Source: Patescibacteria group bacterium
GTDB lineage: Bacteria > Patescibacteriota > Saccharimonadia > Saccharimonadales > EFPC-124
DNA length: 61,555 nucleotides
Assembly: GCA_035568355.1 (NCBI GenBank)
Contig: DATMOD010000029.1
Span: 1-61,555 of the forward strand
Direction of reading: 5' to 3'
A program made the position numbers and the translations under genes. Positions 27,601-36,001 of the stretch are shown in pieces. Under the pieces are notes generated by a model, which was given only the letters and a program-made list of their open reading frames with translations, did not search any database and was not told the origin of the DNA. Every line of letters starts with the position of its first letter. Position 1 is the stretch's first letter.

Positions 27601-28285
27601 CGTTAATAGTCACGGCTGTACCAGCAGCTGACGTGACATTGGTTTGGCGTTGTACCCAATACGTATCACCAACAGGAGCCAAGAACTCATCAACCTTGGT
27701 CTGGTTAGCACCAACAGTTCGAGCAATCGCTGCATCCCAGTCAGTACCAACACCCCAGACCCACGAGTTAGCTCTGGTCGTGGTAAGTGAGGCACTTGGT
27801 GCACCGGTAGTCGAGTTGCCAGTGCCAACAGCACCGTCAGTAGAAATATCAGCACCAATAAAGGCTACTACATTCATAGAAGCTGTGTAAGCCCCTGAAT
27901 TGCTAGCCGTTACGCTCATATTACTCATCACATTTGGTGCGACAGCAGTCCAGATTTCAGCTGTACCGGCTTGGGTATTAGTGCGCTGTCTCAGTCGCCA
28001 GGTTAGACCACCGCCACTAACACCAGAGAACGTTTCGTTAGTAGATCCGTCAGAACTTAAGAAAGCCACCAGTAGCTCGTTAGTCGTAGCAGTGTTAAAA
28101 GCTGGCGAAGTTATAGTACTAGAAGCTGTCGACAAGTGTTGACTAACTTGCTGGTCTACTACCAGGCTAGCCGCCGAAGCTGGTCGGGCAAAGAATATGC
28201 TCGATATCCCGCTCGAGCCAAATACTAAAAATATAGACAACCCCACCAAAGAAAAGCGGCGCAGCCATTGATTAAGCCTTTGCAT
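24656..28285 (-). CDS. Large secreted multidomain protein. Order: signal peptide, domain X, Ig-like domain, galactose-oxidase-like kelch propeller plus DUF1929-like domain, 2x FN3, domain X'.
   Basis: There is a strong CAGGAGGT Shine-Dalgarno. The motifs LFCAGQAVTADGRILVIGG, HPRWYATGTTLGDGRV, RLYHSTALLMPDGRIF and GSTTHSFDQNGR align with the Cys-Tyr/Tyr-His/His copper ligand set of galactose oxidase. FN3 repeats follow the PPTAPANLT segments. Confidence 0.85.
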   Translation of the reverse strand: MQRLNQWLRRFSLVGLSIFLVFGSSGISSIFFARPASAASLVVDQQVSQHLSTASSTITSPAFNTATTNELLVAFLSSDGSTNETFSGVSGGGLTWRLRQRTNTQAGTAEIWTAVAPNVMSNMSVTASNSGAYTASMNVVAFIGADISTDGAVGTGNSTTGAPSASLTTTRANSWVWGVGTDWDAAIARTVGANQTKVDEFLAPVGDTYWVQRQTNVTSAAGTAVTINDTAPINDRWNLSLIEILPATTNVTPPTVQMTAPSSGATVSNSVVVSATASDSVGVVGVQFLLDGANLGAEITTAPYNINWDTTQTVNGSHVLSARARNAAGGTATTSGVSVTVSNAGSNASLIGQWGPVVTYPEVSIHAALTPTGKILTMQGDFSQGGQQYLYNPTNDSINQVPNAAADLFCAGQAVTADGRILVIGGTSTSGGLGTTAVTAFNPTTETWQSLAPMHHPRWYATGTTLGDGRVMATSGYNTAINDLVTIPEIYNVQNNTWTDMATSATQSIPVYPFMYQLPDGRVLQAGASEVATSTKVLDLTTQQWSTIDARIIDGASIANYAPNLFMKAGSAADSGNTGASSNTAFTLDMSKPNPTWQPTGSMAFPRSFVNLVNLPDGTVLATGGDTTKTGSSNANGVLQAELWNPSSGSWSTLASMSVARLYHSTALLMPDGRIFESGSGGDAGVPDQKSYQIYSPSYLFKGARPTISSAPSTVAYGSNTFVGTPDGASISKVTLIRTGSTTHSFDQNGRAVPLSFTQTAGGLNIQMPPNSNTAPPGYYMLFIVNSNGVPSVASMVRFPAAYESTTPPTAPANLTGTGSIGKATLSWTASTSSAGIANYVVYRSTTTGFTPGASNQIGTSATTSFTDSGLAAGTYYYKVQAQDTAGNISSSSNETSVVVTADTTPPTAPANLTASATSSSSVSLSWAASTDNVGVTGYTVLRNGVTVGTTAGTSTTYTDNTVVASTSYSYTVTARDAAGNVSPASNSAAVTTPAASAALAVDKAVSFHQTTASNTINAPSLTTAAANELLVAFINSDGPNPGTINFASVSGGGLTWKLRQRTNTQAGTSEIWTAVAPTAGTSIATVATRNSGSFIGSINVVAFLNANTAVDGAVASANASTGAPSVSLTTTAANSWVWGVGNDWDSATARTVGTNQTKVDEFLASSGDTYWAQRQTNITPASGTVVTINDTAPTNDRWNLTAIEILQR
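24659..25288 (-). repeat. C-terminal copy of the intragenic direct repeat of about 0.63 kb (domain X')
   Basis: It aligns along its whole length with 27545-28165 at both the DNA and protein level. Shared blocks include GGGLTW+LRQRTNTQAGT.EIWTAVAP, NSWVWGVG.DWD and NDRWNL. Confidence 0.9.
27545..28165 (-). repeat. N-terminal copy of the intragenic direct repeat (domain X)
   Basis: See 24659-25288. Confidence 0.9.
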
Positions 28286-28432
28286 ACCCTATACCTCCTG
28301 TTTAACTTTCGTTAATCACATAATTTCACATTCTTATTTTTTTGTCTATAATGTTTATTAGCTTAATCAGAATCATGCCTTGATCAACTATACGGACAGC
28401 AGTTTACAACAAACCTGGTACCTGACCCACGC

Positions 28433-29515
28433 TCAGTTAAGAGTCGTCTCTCCATAAGACTCAATAAATCCGTCCAATTTACCATCTAGCACAGCTTGAG
28501 CATCATGCTCTTCGTACTTAGTGCGATTATCTTTAACAAGCGTGTACGGATGGAGTACGTACGATCGGATTTGACTCCCCCATTCCGCCGACTGAGTTGG
28601 CCCCTTTAAATTGGCGACGGTTTCTTGGTGCTGTTCGAGTGCTAGCTGGGCCAGCTTAGAGCGCAGAACCTTCATGGCGGTCTCTTTGTTTTGTAGCTGA
28701 CTGCGTTCGTTCTGGATACTAACTGTAATGCCGGTCGGCAAATGAGTCACGCGCACTGCAGAATCAGTCGTATTAACACTCTGGCCACCATGGCCTCCAG
28801 CTCGATAGACATCAATCCTAAGGTCTTTATCGTCTATTTGCACTTCATCAGGCGCATCAATCTGAGGCAAAACCTCAACTAATGCAAAGGATGTCTGCCG
28901 TAAATGATCGGCATTAAATGGGCTTAGCCGCACCAAACGATGCACGCCATGCTCACCACGTAACTTACCGAAGGCATAGGCGCCACTCACGCTAATCATT
29001 ACACTCTTTATGCCGGCTTCTTCACCCCTTGATTCTTCAATAAGCTCAGTCTTCATGCCTGAACGCTCTGCCCAGCGCAAGTACATACGCAATAACATTT
29101 CTGTCCAATCTTGGGCATCCGTGCCACCAGCGCCAGCATGTAAGCGCAAGATCACGTCGTGATCATCATACCTGCCAGAAAACTGCAAATCCTTTTTGAG
29201 CTTAGAATATTGCTGTTCCGCCTCTGCCAGCTGTTCGGTCAGCTCAACAAGCAAAGCCTCATCACCAGCACCCGCTAGTTCTAGAAGATCTTTTGCTTCG
29301 TTCTCGATCTTTAACCAAGGCTCTAGCTGCATTCGTAGCTTAGCTTCTTTTTGCACAACCAGCTGGGCTTTAATATTATCTTGCCAAAAATCCGTCTCGG
29401 CCATCTGTGCTTGCAAAGTCTTTAGTTCAGCCTGCAGCTTATCGGCACCAAGTTTAGCCAAAGCTTGTTTGATTTGGTCGTTGAGTTTTTGGATTGATTT
29501 TTGGATTGGCTGCAT
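28433..29515 (-). CDS. prfB: Peptide chain release factor 2, encoded as an uninterrupted ORF
   Basis: It has the SPF motif (RLSPFNA) and the GGQ motif ([16 protein letters not shown]). Confidence 0.95.
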   Translation of the reverse strand: MQPIQKSIQKLNDQIKQALAKLGADKLQAELKTLQAQMAETDFWQDNIKAQLVVQKEAKLRMQLEPWLKIENEAKDLLELAGAGDEALLVELTEQLAEAEQQYSKLKKDLQFSGRYDDHDVILRLHAGAGGTDAQDWTEMLLRMYLRWAERSGMKTELIEESRGEEAGIKSVMISVSGAYAFGKLRGEHGVHRLVRLSPFNADHLRQTSFALVEVLPQIDAPDEVQIDDKDLRIDVYRAGGHGGQSVNTTDSAVRVTHLPTGITVSIQNERSQLQNKETAMKVLRSKLAQLALEQHQETVANLKGPTQSAEWGSQIRSYVLHPYTLVKDNRTKYEEHDAQAVLDGKLDGFIESYGETTLN

Positions 29516-29573
29516 TTAGTAACTAGTATAGCTTATGGGATAGGCAATCAGCTGTCACATTCTATCCAGATGA

Positions 29574-30890
29574 TTATAATTTTCGCACTGACGCGATAAA
29601 CTGATCACCTCTATCATTATAATTCTTGAACATATCAAAACTCGCACAAGCTGGTGACAGCAGAACGACATCGCCAGGCCTAGCAATTTTATGAGCATAC
29701 CCAACGATCTCGTTCATATTGCTCTGCTCGTCGAATAATCTTACGTCTTCGAACCCGACTCTTTTTAGCGCTGTCTGCAATTTAAAACGCATGTTGCCGA
29801 TCAGAATCGCCTGCCTGATATCCTGCTTGGCAACTTCTGCGGCCAACTCATCAAAATCCGCACCTTTGTCGGAACCACCCAGAATTATTATCTTGGGTGG
29901 TATAAAAGCCCGTAATGCCACGATAGCCGAATCTGGTGTGGTGGCAAAACTATCATCATAGTACTTGACCCCATCCACAGTTCGCACCAATTGCAGTCTA
30001 TGATTCAAACCCTTAAAATCTTTTATAGCCTCTCTAAAACCTCTGATTGCCTCGCGAAAAGCAGCATCATCACCCACAAGTTGCCAAGCTGCACTTATGG
30101 CAGCGCAGATGTTTTCTAGGTTATGAGCCCCAGGGATATTAACGTCGCTGAGCTTACAGACCTCGTAGCCCTCAATCACAATACGATCACCGTCTATGTA
30201 AGCAGCCTCTTGAGTACCAAAACGGAACTTAAACGTAGCTGGTGATTTCTCAGCAATACGACGAGCATATACATTGGTTGGATGATAGATGATAAAGTCT
30301 CCTGGCTTTTGCCAACGAGCAATATTGCTCTTAGCAGCTAAATACTCATCAAAATCGGTATGAACATCTAGGTGATCAGGAGCAATCATACCAACCACTG
30401 CAATATGTGGGCTTTGGTGTAAATCCCATAACTGAAAACTAGAGAGTTCTAGCACTACAATGTCATCGGGCTTAATGTCATCTAGCATATCAAGCACCGG
30501 CACGCCAATATTACCGCCGATATGCACACGCTTACCAGCAGCTTGCAGCATTTTATATATCAGAGTCGTAATAGTGCCCTTGCCCTTGCTGCCAGTCACG
30601 CCAATTATATTTTTGGATGGGCAGACCTCAAAGAATTTTTTAACAGTTGAAGTTATCTCGCCGTTGGCTTTAATACGATCTGGCCTAATGCTTGGTGTTC
30701 GCACTACAATATCAAAATCGGTCAGTTCGGCAAAAATATCTTTGCCAATTAGCTGTTTGGCTCCAGACGGCACATCACTAATCGGATGTTCATCAGCAAT
30801 AGTCATGTCATAGCCACCCTGAGCTGCAAAATATTTATACGCCGAGTGACCTTCAATGCCAAAACCAGCAATGGCTACCTTTTTGTTCAT
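29574..30890 (-). CDS. murD: UDP-N-acetylmuramoylalanine-D-glutamate ligase
   Basis: The sequence contains GVTGSKGKGT. I moved the start to MNKKVAIAGFG at 30890, because the ORF-track extension is encoded by a repeat element. Confidence 0.9.
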   Translation of the reverse strand: MNKKVAIAGFGIEGHSAYKYFAAQGGYDMTIADEHPISDVPSGAKQLIGKDIFAELTDFDIVVRTPSIRPDRIKANGEITSTVKKFFEVCPSKNIIGVTGSKGKGTITTLIYKMLQAAGKRVHIGGNIGVPVLDMLDDIKPDDIVVLELSSFQLWDLHQSPHIAVVGMIAPDHLDVHTDFDEYLAAKSNIARWQKPGDFIIYHPTNVYARRIAEKSPATFKFRFGTQEAAYIDGDRIVIEGYEVCKLSDVNIPGAHNLENICAAISAAWQLVGDDAAFREAIRGFREAIKDFKGLNHRLQLVRTVDGVKYYDDSFATTPDSAIVALRAFIPPKIIILGGSDKGADFDELAAEVAKQDIRQAILIGNMRFKLQTALKRVGFEDVRLFDEQSNMNEIVGYAHKIARPGDVVLLSPACASFDMFKNYNDRGDQFIASVRKL

Positions 30891-30925
30891 AACAATAGTA
30901 TAGCAGTTCACTAACGGAGCCAGCT

Positions 30926-31077
30926 CTGACCAACCCACACTCACGTTTTCGCACATATCATCCCCAAGCCTTGGCTGGGAATCCAGGACAAAATGGAATA
31001 CATTCTAACTGGATCCCCGATCAGGTCGGGGATGACGGCAATGTGAGCTTAGAGATAAAAAGTGAGCGTGGGCCCAG
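30926..31077 (+). mobile_element. Composite palindromic element, family 2 core with family 1-like ends (copy 3)
   Basis: The ends are CTGACCAACCCACACTCACGTTTT and AAAAAGTGAGCGTGGGCCCAG. The core at 30958-31066 differs at 1 of 109 nt from the reverse complement of 35820-35928. Confidence 0.85.
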
Positions 31078-31091
31078 CTTCTGCTGAAGTC

Positions 31092-31595
31092 TTATTTGAT
31101 CGTATAAGCTCCCGAGGTCTCAAAAACTCCATTGGTATATAACTTGATCTTATAAGTACCTATTGGATGAGTTTGGCCAGGCTTGAGGCTAAAGTTAAAA
31201 CCAATACGTTGCGCTCCATCTTTTATAATGTTTACGGCGCCGTTATCAACCATAAAATCATCCCGATAACGAATATACTCTATGCGACTGCCTTTTTTAG
31301 CGTTATTTAGCCCTACGGTAATATAAATTGTGCTGTCTGTTTGCTTAAAATCAACACCGGGGGTTTTTATATTGCCAGCAGAATCCAGCACAGTGCCGAA
31401 TCTCAAAGCTTGGACTACCCCCGGGCGCTTAAGTTTTGCAACTACAGCCGGGGTGACAGGTGCGGCTGGCTTGTTACTGTTCTGATAAACATAGTAGCCA
31501 GCACCACCGGCAAGCACGATAACTAGTAAGACAATCAATATAACGTCCAAAGACCCTGCCATTGATTCAGACTGTGTCTTTAATCGCTTATTCAC
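31092..31595 (-). CDS. Hypothetical membrane-anchored protein
   Basis: It has one N-terminal transmembrane helix and overlaps the upstream ORF. Confidence 0.6.
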   Translation of the reverse strand: MNKRLKTQSESMAGSLDVILIVLLVIVLAGGAGYYVYQNSNKPAAPVTPAVVAKLKRPGVVQALRFGTVLDSAGNIKTPGVDFKQTDSTIYITVGLNNAKKGSRIEYIRYRDDFMVDNGAVNIIKDGAQRIGFNFSLKPGQTHPIGTYKIKLYTNGVFETSGAYTIK

Positions 31596-31924
31596 TGATT
31601 AGCTCCCCCGTTGTTTTGGCTAGCAGCTGGTACCGAATTGTCCATCCCACCCGAGCCAGACGTTCCATCGTCCATTTGGCTTTCTTGCGGACCAACGGTT
31701 TGATCAATCTGTACTTGGCCATTGTCAACTTGGCTTTGAACATTCTCGCTGTCTTTTACTTCTTGTTCATAAGCTGCAATGTCAGAATGAGCCTGAGCCT
31801 CAGCCTGACCGTCAGCTAGATCTCTAGCATAATCACTCTGTATTGGGGCGGCAAATGCCACACCAGTCGATACCGTTGCAACAAGCATCGCTCCGGTTGT
31901 CATTTTTAATATTTTGTTTCTCAT
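31592..31924 (-). CDS. Hypothetical small secreted acidic protein
   Basis: It has a signal-peptide-like N-terminus, MTTGAMLVATVSTGVAFAAP. Confidence 0.55.
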   Translation of the reverse strand: MRNKILKMTTGAMLVATVSTGVAFAAPIQSDYARDLADGQAEAQAHSDIAAYEQEVKDSENVQSQVDNGQVQIDQTVGPQESQMDDGTSGSGGMDNSVPAASQNNGGANQ

Positions 31925-31976
31925 AGGTCCCCCCTAATATGTCTGCTAATAATATAGCATAAGTATCAAAATCAAT

Positions 31977-33263
31977 TCAAATGAATAATTTAGAAAGTTG
32001 CTCGTGGAATCCATCAAGTTCAGCCTTAGTGCATTGCCCCAATCCACCAAAAGCCCAACGCTTGCCAGACATTAGATTATTAAGCGATTGCACGATTATG
32101 TCTTTATTGACGGCTTCGATTGCCAGCGGTCGCTTGTCGTAATCGTTAATATAACCATCAAAAAAATAACGCCCGCTATACCAGTTAGCAATCGAGCCAA
32201 CGGTCTGACAGCCCATTTGATGTTTGCCCAGCGCAAACTGTTTGGCGGCTTCTATATCTTTTTGTTTGATATCGCCCTTCATGACCTTAGAGACCTCTTG
32301 GACTATAATATCGAATAATTTTGGAGCATTCTTTAGGCTAACTTGACCTTCAAAGTCCCACTCGCTCGTACTATCACTCACTTCAAAATGTGATCCCATT
32401 CCATAGATCAATCCCTGTTCTCTGGCCTGTCCCAGAATGTGTGAATGCAATGTACCAGTCAACATATGGCTAAGTACTCGCATTGCATCACGTTCGTTAT
32501 CATGAAACCGCCAGTTAGCCTCAATCGCTAGACCAAATATCATGTTTTCGACATCTTTGCGGACAACTCGAATTGGTTCAGGTGCCCCCACCAGCTCTTC
32601 GTGTCTCATAGAAAATCGCTCGCCACGTGGTAATTGCCATTTTTCGAGCTGCTGGATTACAGTTTCGCGTCGCCCGTCTTTTAGGCTACCAGCAATTACA
32701 AACCGCATGTTATCACTAGTATGTGTGCGGTGGTAGTGCTCCTTGATGTGCTCTAACTGAACATTTGGCATATTTTTAAGACGCTGTTCATCATTCAAGA
32801 ATCTTTCACCGCTGGCCTGGCCTAATCGCTGCCACAGGACCATCCAATTATTGTTGAGCAGCCCGGTAAGTTCTTCTTTGACGTTGCCAGACTCTGCCTT
32901 AAACTCGCTTTCTAAAAAGAGTGGTTTAGTTATAGCCAATCGCAACAAGCCAAAAATGCGATCCCATTCAAAATCAGCACAATCGGCTACGTATTTGAGA
33001 CTAACCTTGCCGGTCGATGCGTTAGAATAAGCACCATTTTTTTCTAGCTCGGCATTAAAGATTCGAGCATTATCGTATTGCTCGTTAGCACCCAGAACCA
33101 TGTGCTCCATGATATGGGCTGTTTCGTAGATATCATCACCTTGGGTATATTCGTCCCCTGCCCTAAATTCAAAGTCGTAACTCATAACCGTGGCGTTTGG
33201 GATATGAATTAGCAACCCACGGCTACCATTTTGTAATACAACTTCTTCTACGGAATGTTTCAT
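31977..33263 (-). CDS. M16 (pitrilysin/insulinase) family zinc peptidase
   Basis: HIMEH is an inverted HxxEH zinc motif. I moved the start to MKHSVEE at 33263. Confidence 0.85.
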   Translation of the reverse strand: MKHSVEEVVLQNGSRGLLIHIPNATVMSYDFEFRAGDEYTQGDDIYETAHIMEHMVLGANEQYDNARIFNAELEKNGAYSNASTGKVSLKYVADCADFEWDRIFGLLRLAITKPLFLESEFKAESGNVKEELTGLLNNNWMVLWQRLGQASGERFLNDEQRLKNMPNVQLEHIKEHYHRTHTSDNMRFVIAGSLKDGRRETVIQQLEKWQLPRGERFSMRHEELVGAPEPIRVVRKDVENMIFGLAIEANWRFHDNERDAMRVLSHMLTGTLHSHILGQAREQGLIYGMGSHFEVSDSTSEWDFEGQVSLKNAPKLFDIIVQEVSKVMKGDIKQKDIEAAKQFALGKHQMGCQTVGSIANWYSGRYFFDGYINDYDKRPLAIEAVNKDIIVQSLNNLMSGKRWAFGGLGQCTKAELDGFHEQLSKLFI

Positions 33264-33297
33264 GCTAGGCCTTAGTTTAACACATTTTAATCTGTTT

Positions 33298-35673
33298 TTA
33301 CCTGTCACTTTCTATATAGGCCCAAGCAATTCTAATGTGAGCAATGGCTGAAGTTAAAGTAGTTACTGAATCGTTATAGCGCATTAATATGTTGGCGGCT
33401 GGTATATTAGTAGCAACTAAGCAAACATCGTTACCATCGATTTTAAACTCAGCTTGAGAGCTAGTTAGAATAATCTCAAATTTATGACCGCTAGTACTAA
33501 TTGCCGTACCAGAATCAACGATTGTCTGTGTAACACCAGCTTTTGTAATACATTTATAGGTTGTATCGCCAGCACTGGTGTCATATCTAAAGGACGCATA
33601 GTTTCCAGCCGGGTTGGCAGCTCCGGCCATTGTTGTTGAAGTTTGGTCAGTCAAACCCAACCACAAACGTTCGCTAGTAGTGGCTGTCAGCGCTACATAA
33701 GTCTGAAAGTCTGGATTAGTTGAGCTATTGTAATTAGTGTTACCAAAAATATTTGTGAAGTTACCACTAACAGCAGTGGTGGCATTATCCAACTGGGCTG
33801 GCTCGGTTGCAGTTGTAGCAATCGCCGTTTTAGTACCCGTACCATTAGTGTCGGCTTGGTCTCCCAGATTACTGAACGTGGTATTGCTAGAGCCATTAGC
33901 TATCGCACCCGTGTATTTAATATATGCCCAAGGCCTATTACTTGGTTTCGGCGTACCAACACAGTCTGCCCAGCCCCTAGAGCCTTCATAACAACGTGAT
34001 GTTTGCGACTTAGTATTGTAATACCTAGCACCAGCCACACCTGATGGATCCCCAGCTGTGCTCTTGTTGCTCAATACTAGTAAGGTAGGCGTGCTGCTAG
34101 GGCTGACATCCCCGCCGCCGATTTTAATAGCCATATTCGTGGTGTCGACCACAAATTCACTATTACCAGAGGTATCCTGAATCCTGAAAGCCGTTGTTGT
34201 GTTAGTACTGTTCTGGAATCCTGCCCCACTAGGCCCAACTGTCATCAGATTGGCTCCACCATTGCTTCGGACTATAAAGATATCGCCGCTCTGCTGGCTA
34301 TTGCCTTTTACAACAAGCTGAGCAGTATCGCTAGTACCGTTTATATTTATAGCTGCTATAAAAGTGTTAGGGGCGCTTAGCTGAGCAAGATTAGCACCGT
34401 CTGATAAAGCAGCTGAGGATATCTGAGAACCATTAATCTGGTATTGGCTACTAGTACCGGTTATATTTACACTACCAGTGGTTGCTGTCAGATTAGCGGC
34501 GGTGACATTACCTACGGTTGATATGTTGCCAATAGTAGTCACGTTACCTGCTGAGCTTATACTGAATTGACTGACGGCGTTGACTTGCAAATCAAGTAAG
34601 TTGCCGGCTGAGCCAGTCACAGCATTGACTAACAACATGGGGTTAGCCCCATTTAAAGATGATAATGTTAGCTGACCAAATGTTGGTTTGGCGCTAATAT
34701 TAATATCTTGCACAGTGTTAATTACACCTCCAGCTGAACTAAAATTACCGGAGTTAAACTGAGCGATACCTTTATTAGTGACCGAGGCATCATCAATGGT
34801 AACAGTTGCACCTACAGCACTAGAATTTGCCAAGTTAAGTGCGCCGACTTGCGAATTTAGGCTTATCACACCCGAATTAAATAGCTGCCCTTCTGTTGTC
34901 GTGGCCAAGCCATTACCAATAATAATAGTACCGCTAAAACCGCCTATGTCTAAGACTCCACTATTGCTGAGTTGAGAACCTGATACAGCTAATCCATCTC
35001 CAAGAGTAATTGCACCAGTCTGACCCGCGATACTCAGTATGCCTTTATTAGCGATAGTGAGATCAGTAATATCAATACCTGGACCAGCCTTAAAACTGAC
35101 ATCACCCACAAATCCCTGCATCGACAATACCCCGGAATTCTCAAGCTGACTACCAACTAATTCCAGCCCATCCCCCAACACTAAACTGCCATTCAATATT
35201 AACGAGCCCATAACACCTTTGCTGGTGCCGCCCTGCAAGGTGGTGTCGGTAGTTGCAGGAATCGCTCCCAGATCTATAAACTGAACACCATCGTAGTAAG
35301 TCAGCGCATGGCTGTCTTTATCAAAATAAAGCTGCCCAGTAATTGGCTTACTGGGCTCTGCTGTTGGTGTTAGTACTATCGAACTACCAACCTTGACCTG
35401 CCCGACAACATTAAGATCCTTAGCGATCACAGGGGTTAGTTGATTAGCCTTCAAGTCCTGCAGGCCTAATTCTACAGCCCGTATGCGATCATTGATCTGT
35501 TTATTCGGTGTGTCTAACCGGTTAACCGTCTCGGCCAGGTGATTATGCGATATATGAATATATGCAGCTTCAACCAACACCAGAGACAGCAAAAAATACA
35601 GACCAGCGATAGCTAGCTTCTCTGTTTTCGGCGACCAGTCCCAAAAATTATGTGCTTTTCGCCTAATAAACAT
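33298..35673 (-). CDS. Membrane-anchored fibre-like surface protein with repetitive beta-helix-like repeats and a C-terminal jelly-roll-like domain
   Basis: It has an N-terminal transmembrane helix and degenerate repeats (GDGL.V.GSQL.NSGVL). I prefer the start MFIRRKAHNF at 35673. Confidence 0.75.
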   Translation of the reverse strand: MFIRRKAHNFWDWSPKTEKLAIAGLYFLLSLVLVEAAYIHISHNHLAETVNRLDTPNKQINDRIRAVELGLQDLKANQLTPVIAKDLNVVGQVKVGSSIVLTPTAEPSKPITGQLYFDKDSHALTYYDGVQFIDLGAIPATTDTTLQGGTSKGVMGSLILNGSLVLGDGLELVGSQLENSGVLSMQGFVGDVSFKAGPGIDITDLTIANKGILSIAGQTGAITLGDGLAVSGSQLSNSGVLDIGGFSGTIIIGNGLATTTEGQLFNSGVISLNSQVGALNLANSSAVGATVTIDDASVTNKGIAQFNSGNFSSAGGVINTVQDINISAKPTFGQLTLSSLNGANPMLLVNAVTGSAGNLLDLQVNAVSQFSISSAGNVTTIGNISTVGNVTAANLTATTGSVNITGTSSQYQINGSQISSAALSDGANLAQLSAPNTFIAAININGTSDTAQLVVKGNSQQSGDIFIVRSNGGANLMTVGPSGAGFQNSTNTTTAFRIQDTSGNSEFVVDTTNMAIKIGGGDVSPSSTPTLLVLSNKSTAGDPSGVAGARYYNTKSQTSRCYEGSRGWADCVGTPKPSNRPWAYIKYTGAIANGSSNTTFSNLGDQADTNGTGTKTAIATTATEPAQLDNATTAVSGNFTNIFGNTNYNSSTNPDFQTYVALTATTSERLWLGLTDQTSTTMAGAANPAGNYASFRYDTSAGDTTYKCITKAGVTQTIVDSGTAISTSGHKFEIILTSSQAEFKIDGNDVCLVATNIPAANILMRYNDSVTTLTSAIAHIRIAWAYIESDR

Positions 35674-35700
35674 AAACACCAGGCGCTTTTTCAAGCGCCT
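35674..35700 (-). terminator. GAAA-capped 8-bp hairpin immediately 5' of the fibre-gene start. It is either a terminator of secA read-through or a translational hairpin.
   Basis: On the minus strand the hairpin is AGGCGCTT-GAAA-AAGCGCCT, followed by GGTGTTTATGTTTATT. Confidence 0.35.
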
Positions 35701-35808
35701 CCTCACCACCTCTTTTAGCACGTACCATAAGAGACTCGTGTTTATCACTAAAAAGCTAGTGATAAAGTCTCTGCTTATAAGTGTACTTTGCTTATGCTTT
35801 TAGGACAA

Positions 35809-35956
35809 CCTAACCAAGCCTCACTTTTTATCTCTAAGCTCACATTGCCGTCATCCCCGACCTGATCGGGGATCCAGTTAGAATGGATTCCATTTTGTCC
35901 TGGATTCCCAGCCAAGGCTTGGGGATGACGAGGATGGAAAAGTGAGGGTGGGTCAG
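35809..35956 (-). mobile_element. Composite palindromic element (copy 4), inverted relative to copy 3
   Basis: See 30926-31077. An extra solo end, CTGACACTCACATTTTT, lies at 35964-35980. Confidence 0.85.
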
Positions 35957-36001
35957 CGAGGCAACTGACACTCACATTTTTAGAGGTAAAATCGGATACT
36001 A

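Noticed and set aside
24810-28142. Antisense ORFs inside the 1209-aa gene (for example 24810..25259 and 27540..27890) and inside other large genes (36005..38492, 33737..34975)
   Set aside because: They are the complements of Thr/Ser/Ala/Gly-rich coding sequence or otherwise nested antisense to strongly supported genes. They lack start context and recognisable motifs.
24659-28165. The two domain X repeats as the template and variable repeats of a diversity-generating retroelement
   Set aside because: Mismatches between the copies involve all base types, not just adenine positions. The repeats are about 630 bp, far longer than typical DGR repeats. No reverse transcriptase is present in the window.
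28433-29515. Programmed +1 frameshift in prfB
   Set aside because: The 360-aa ORF is continuous from a plausible ATG with no in-frame UGA near codon 25, so this RF2 is encoded without the autoregulatory frameshift.
35775-35975. ORFs 35775..35975 and 41584..41901, and the N-terminal extension of murD (30891..30956)
   Set aside because: All are read through palindromic repeat elements. The same peptide-like strings recur only because the DNA repeat recurs.
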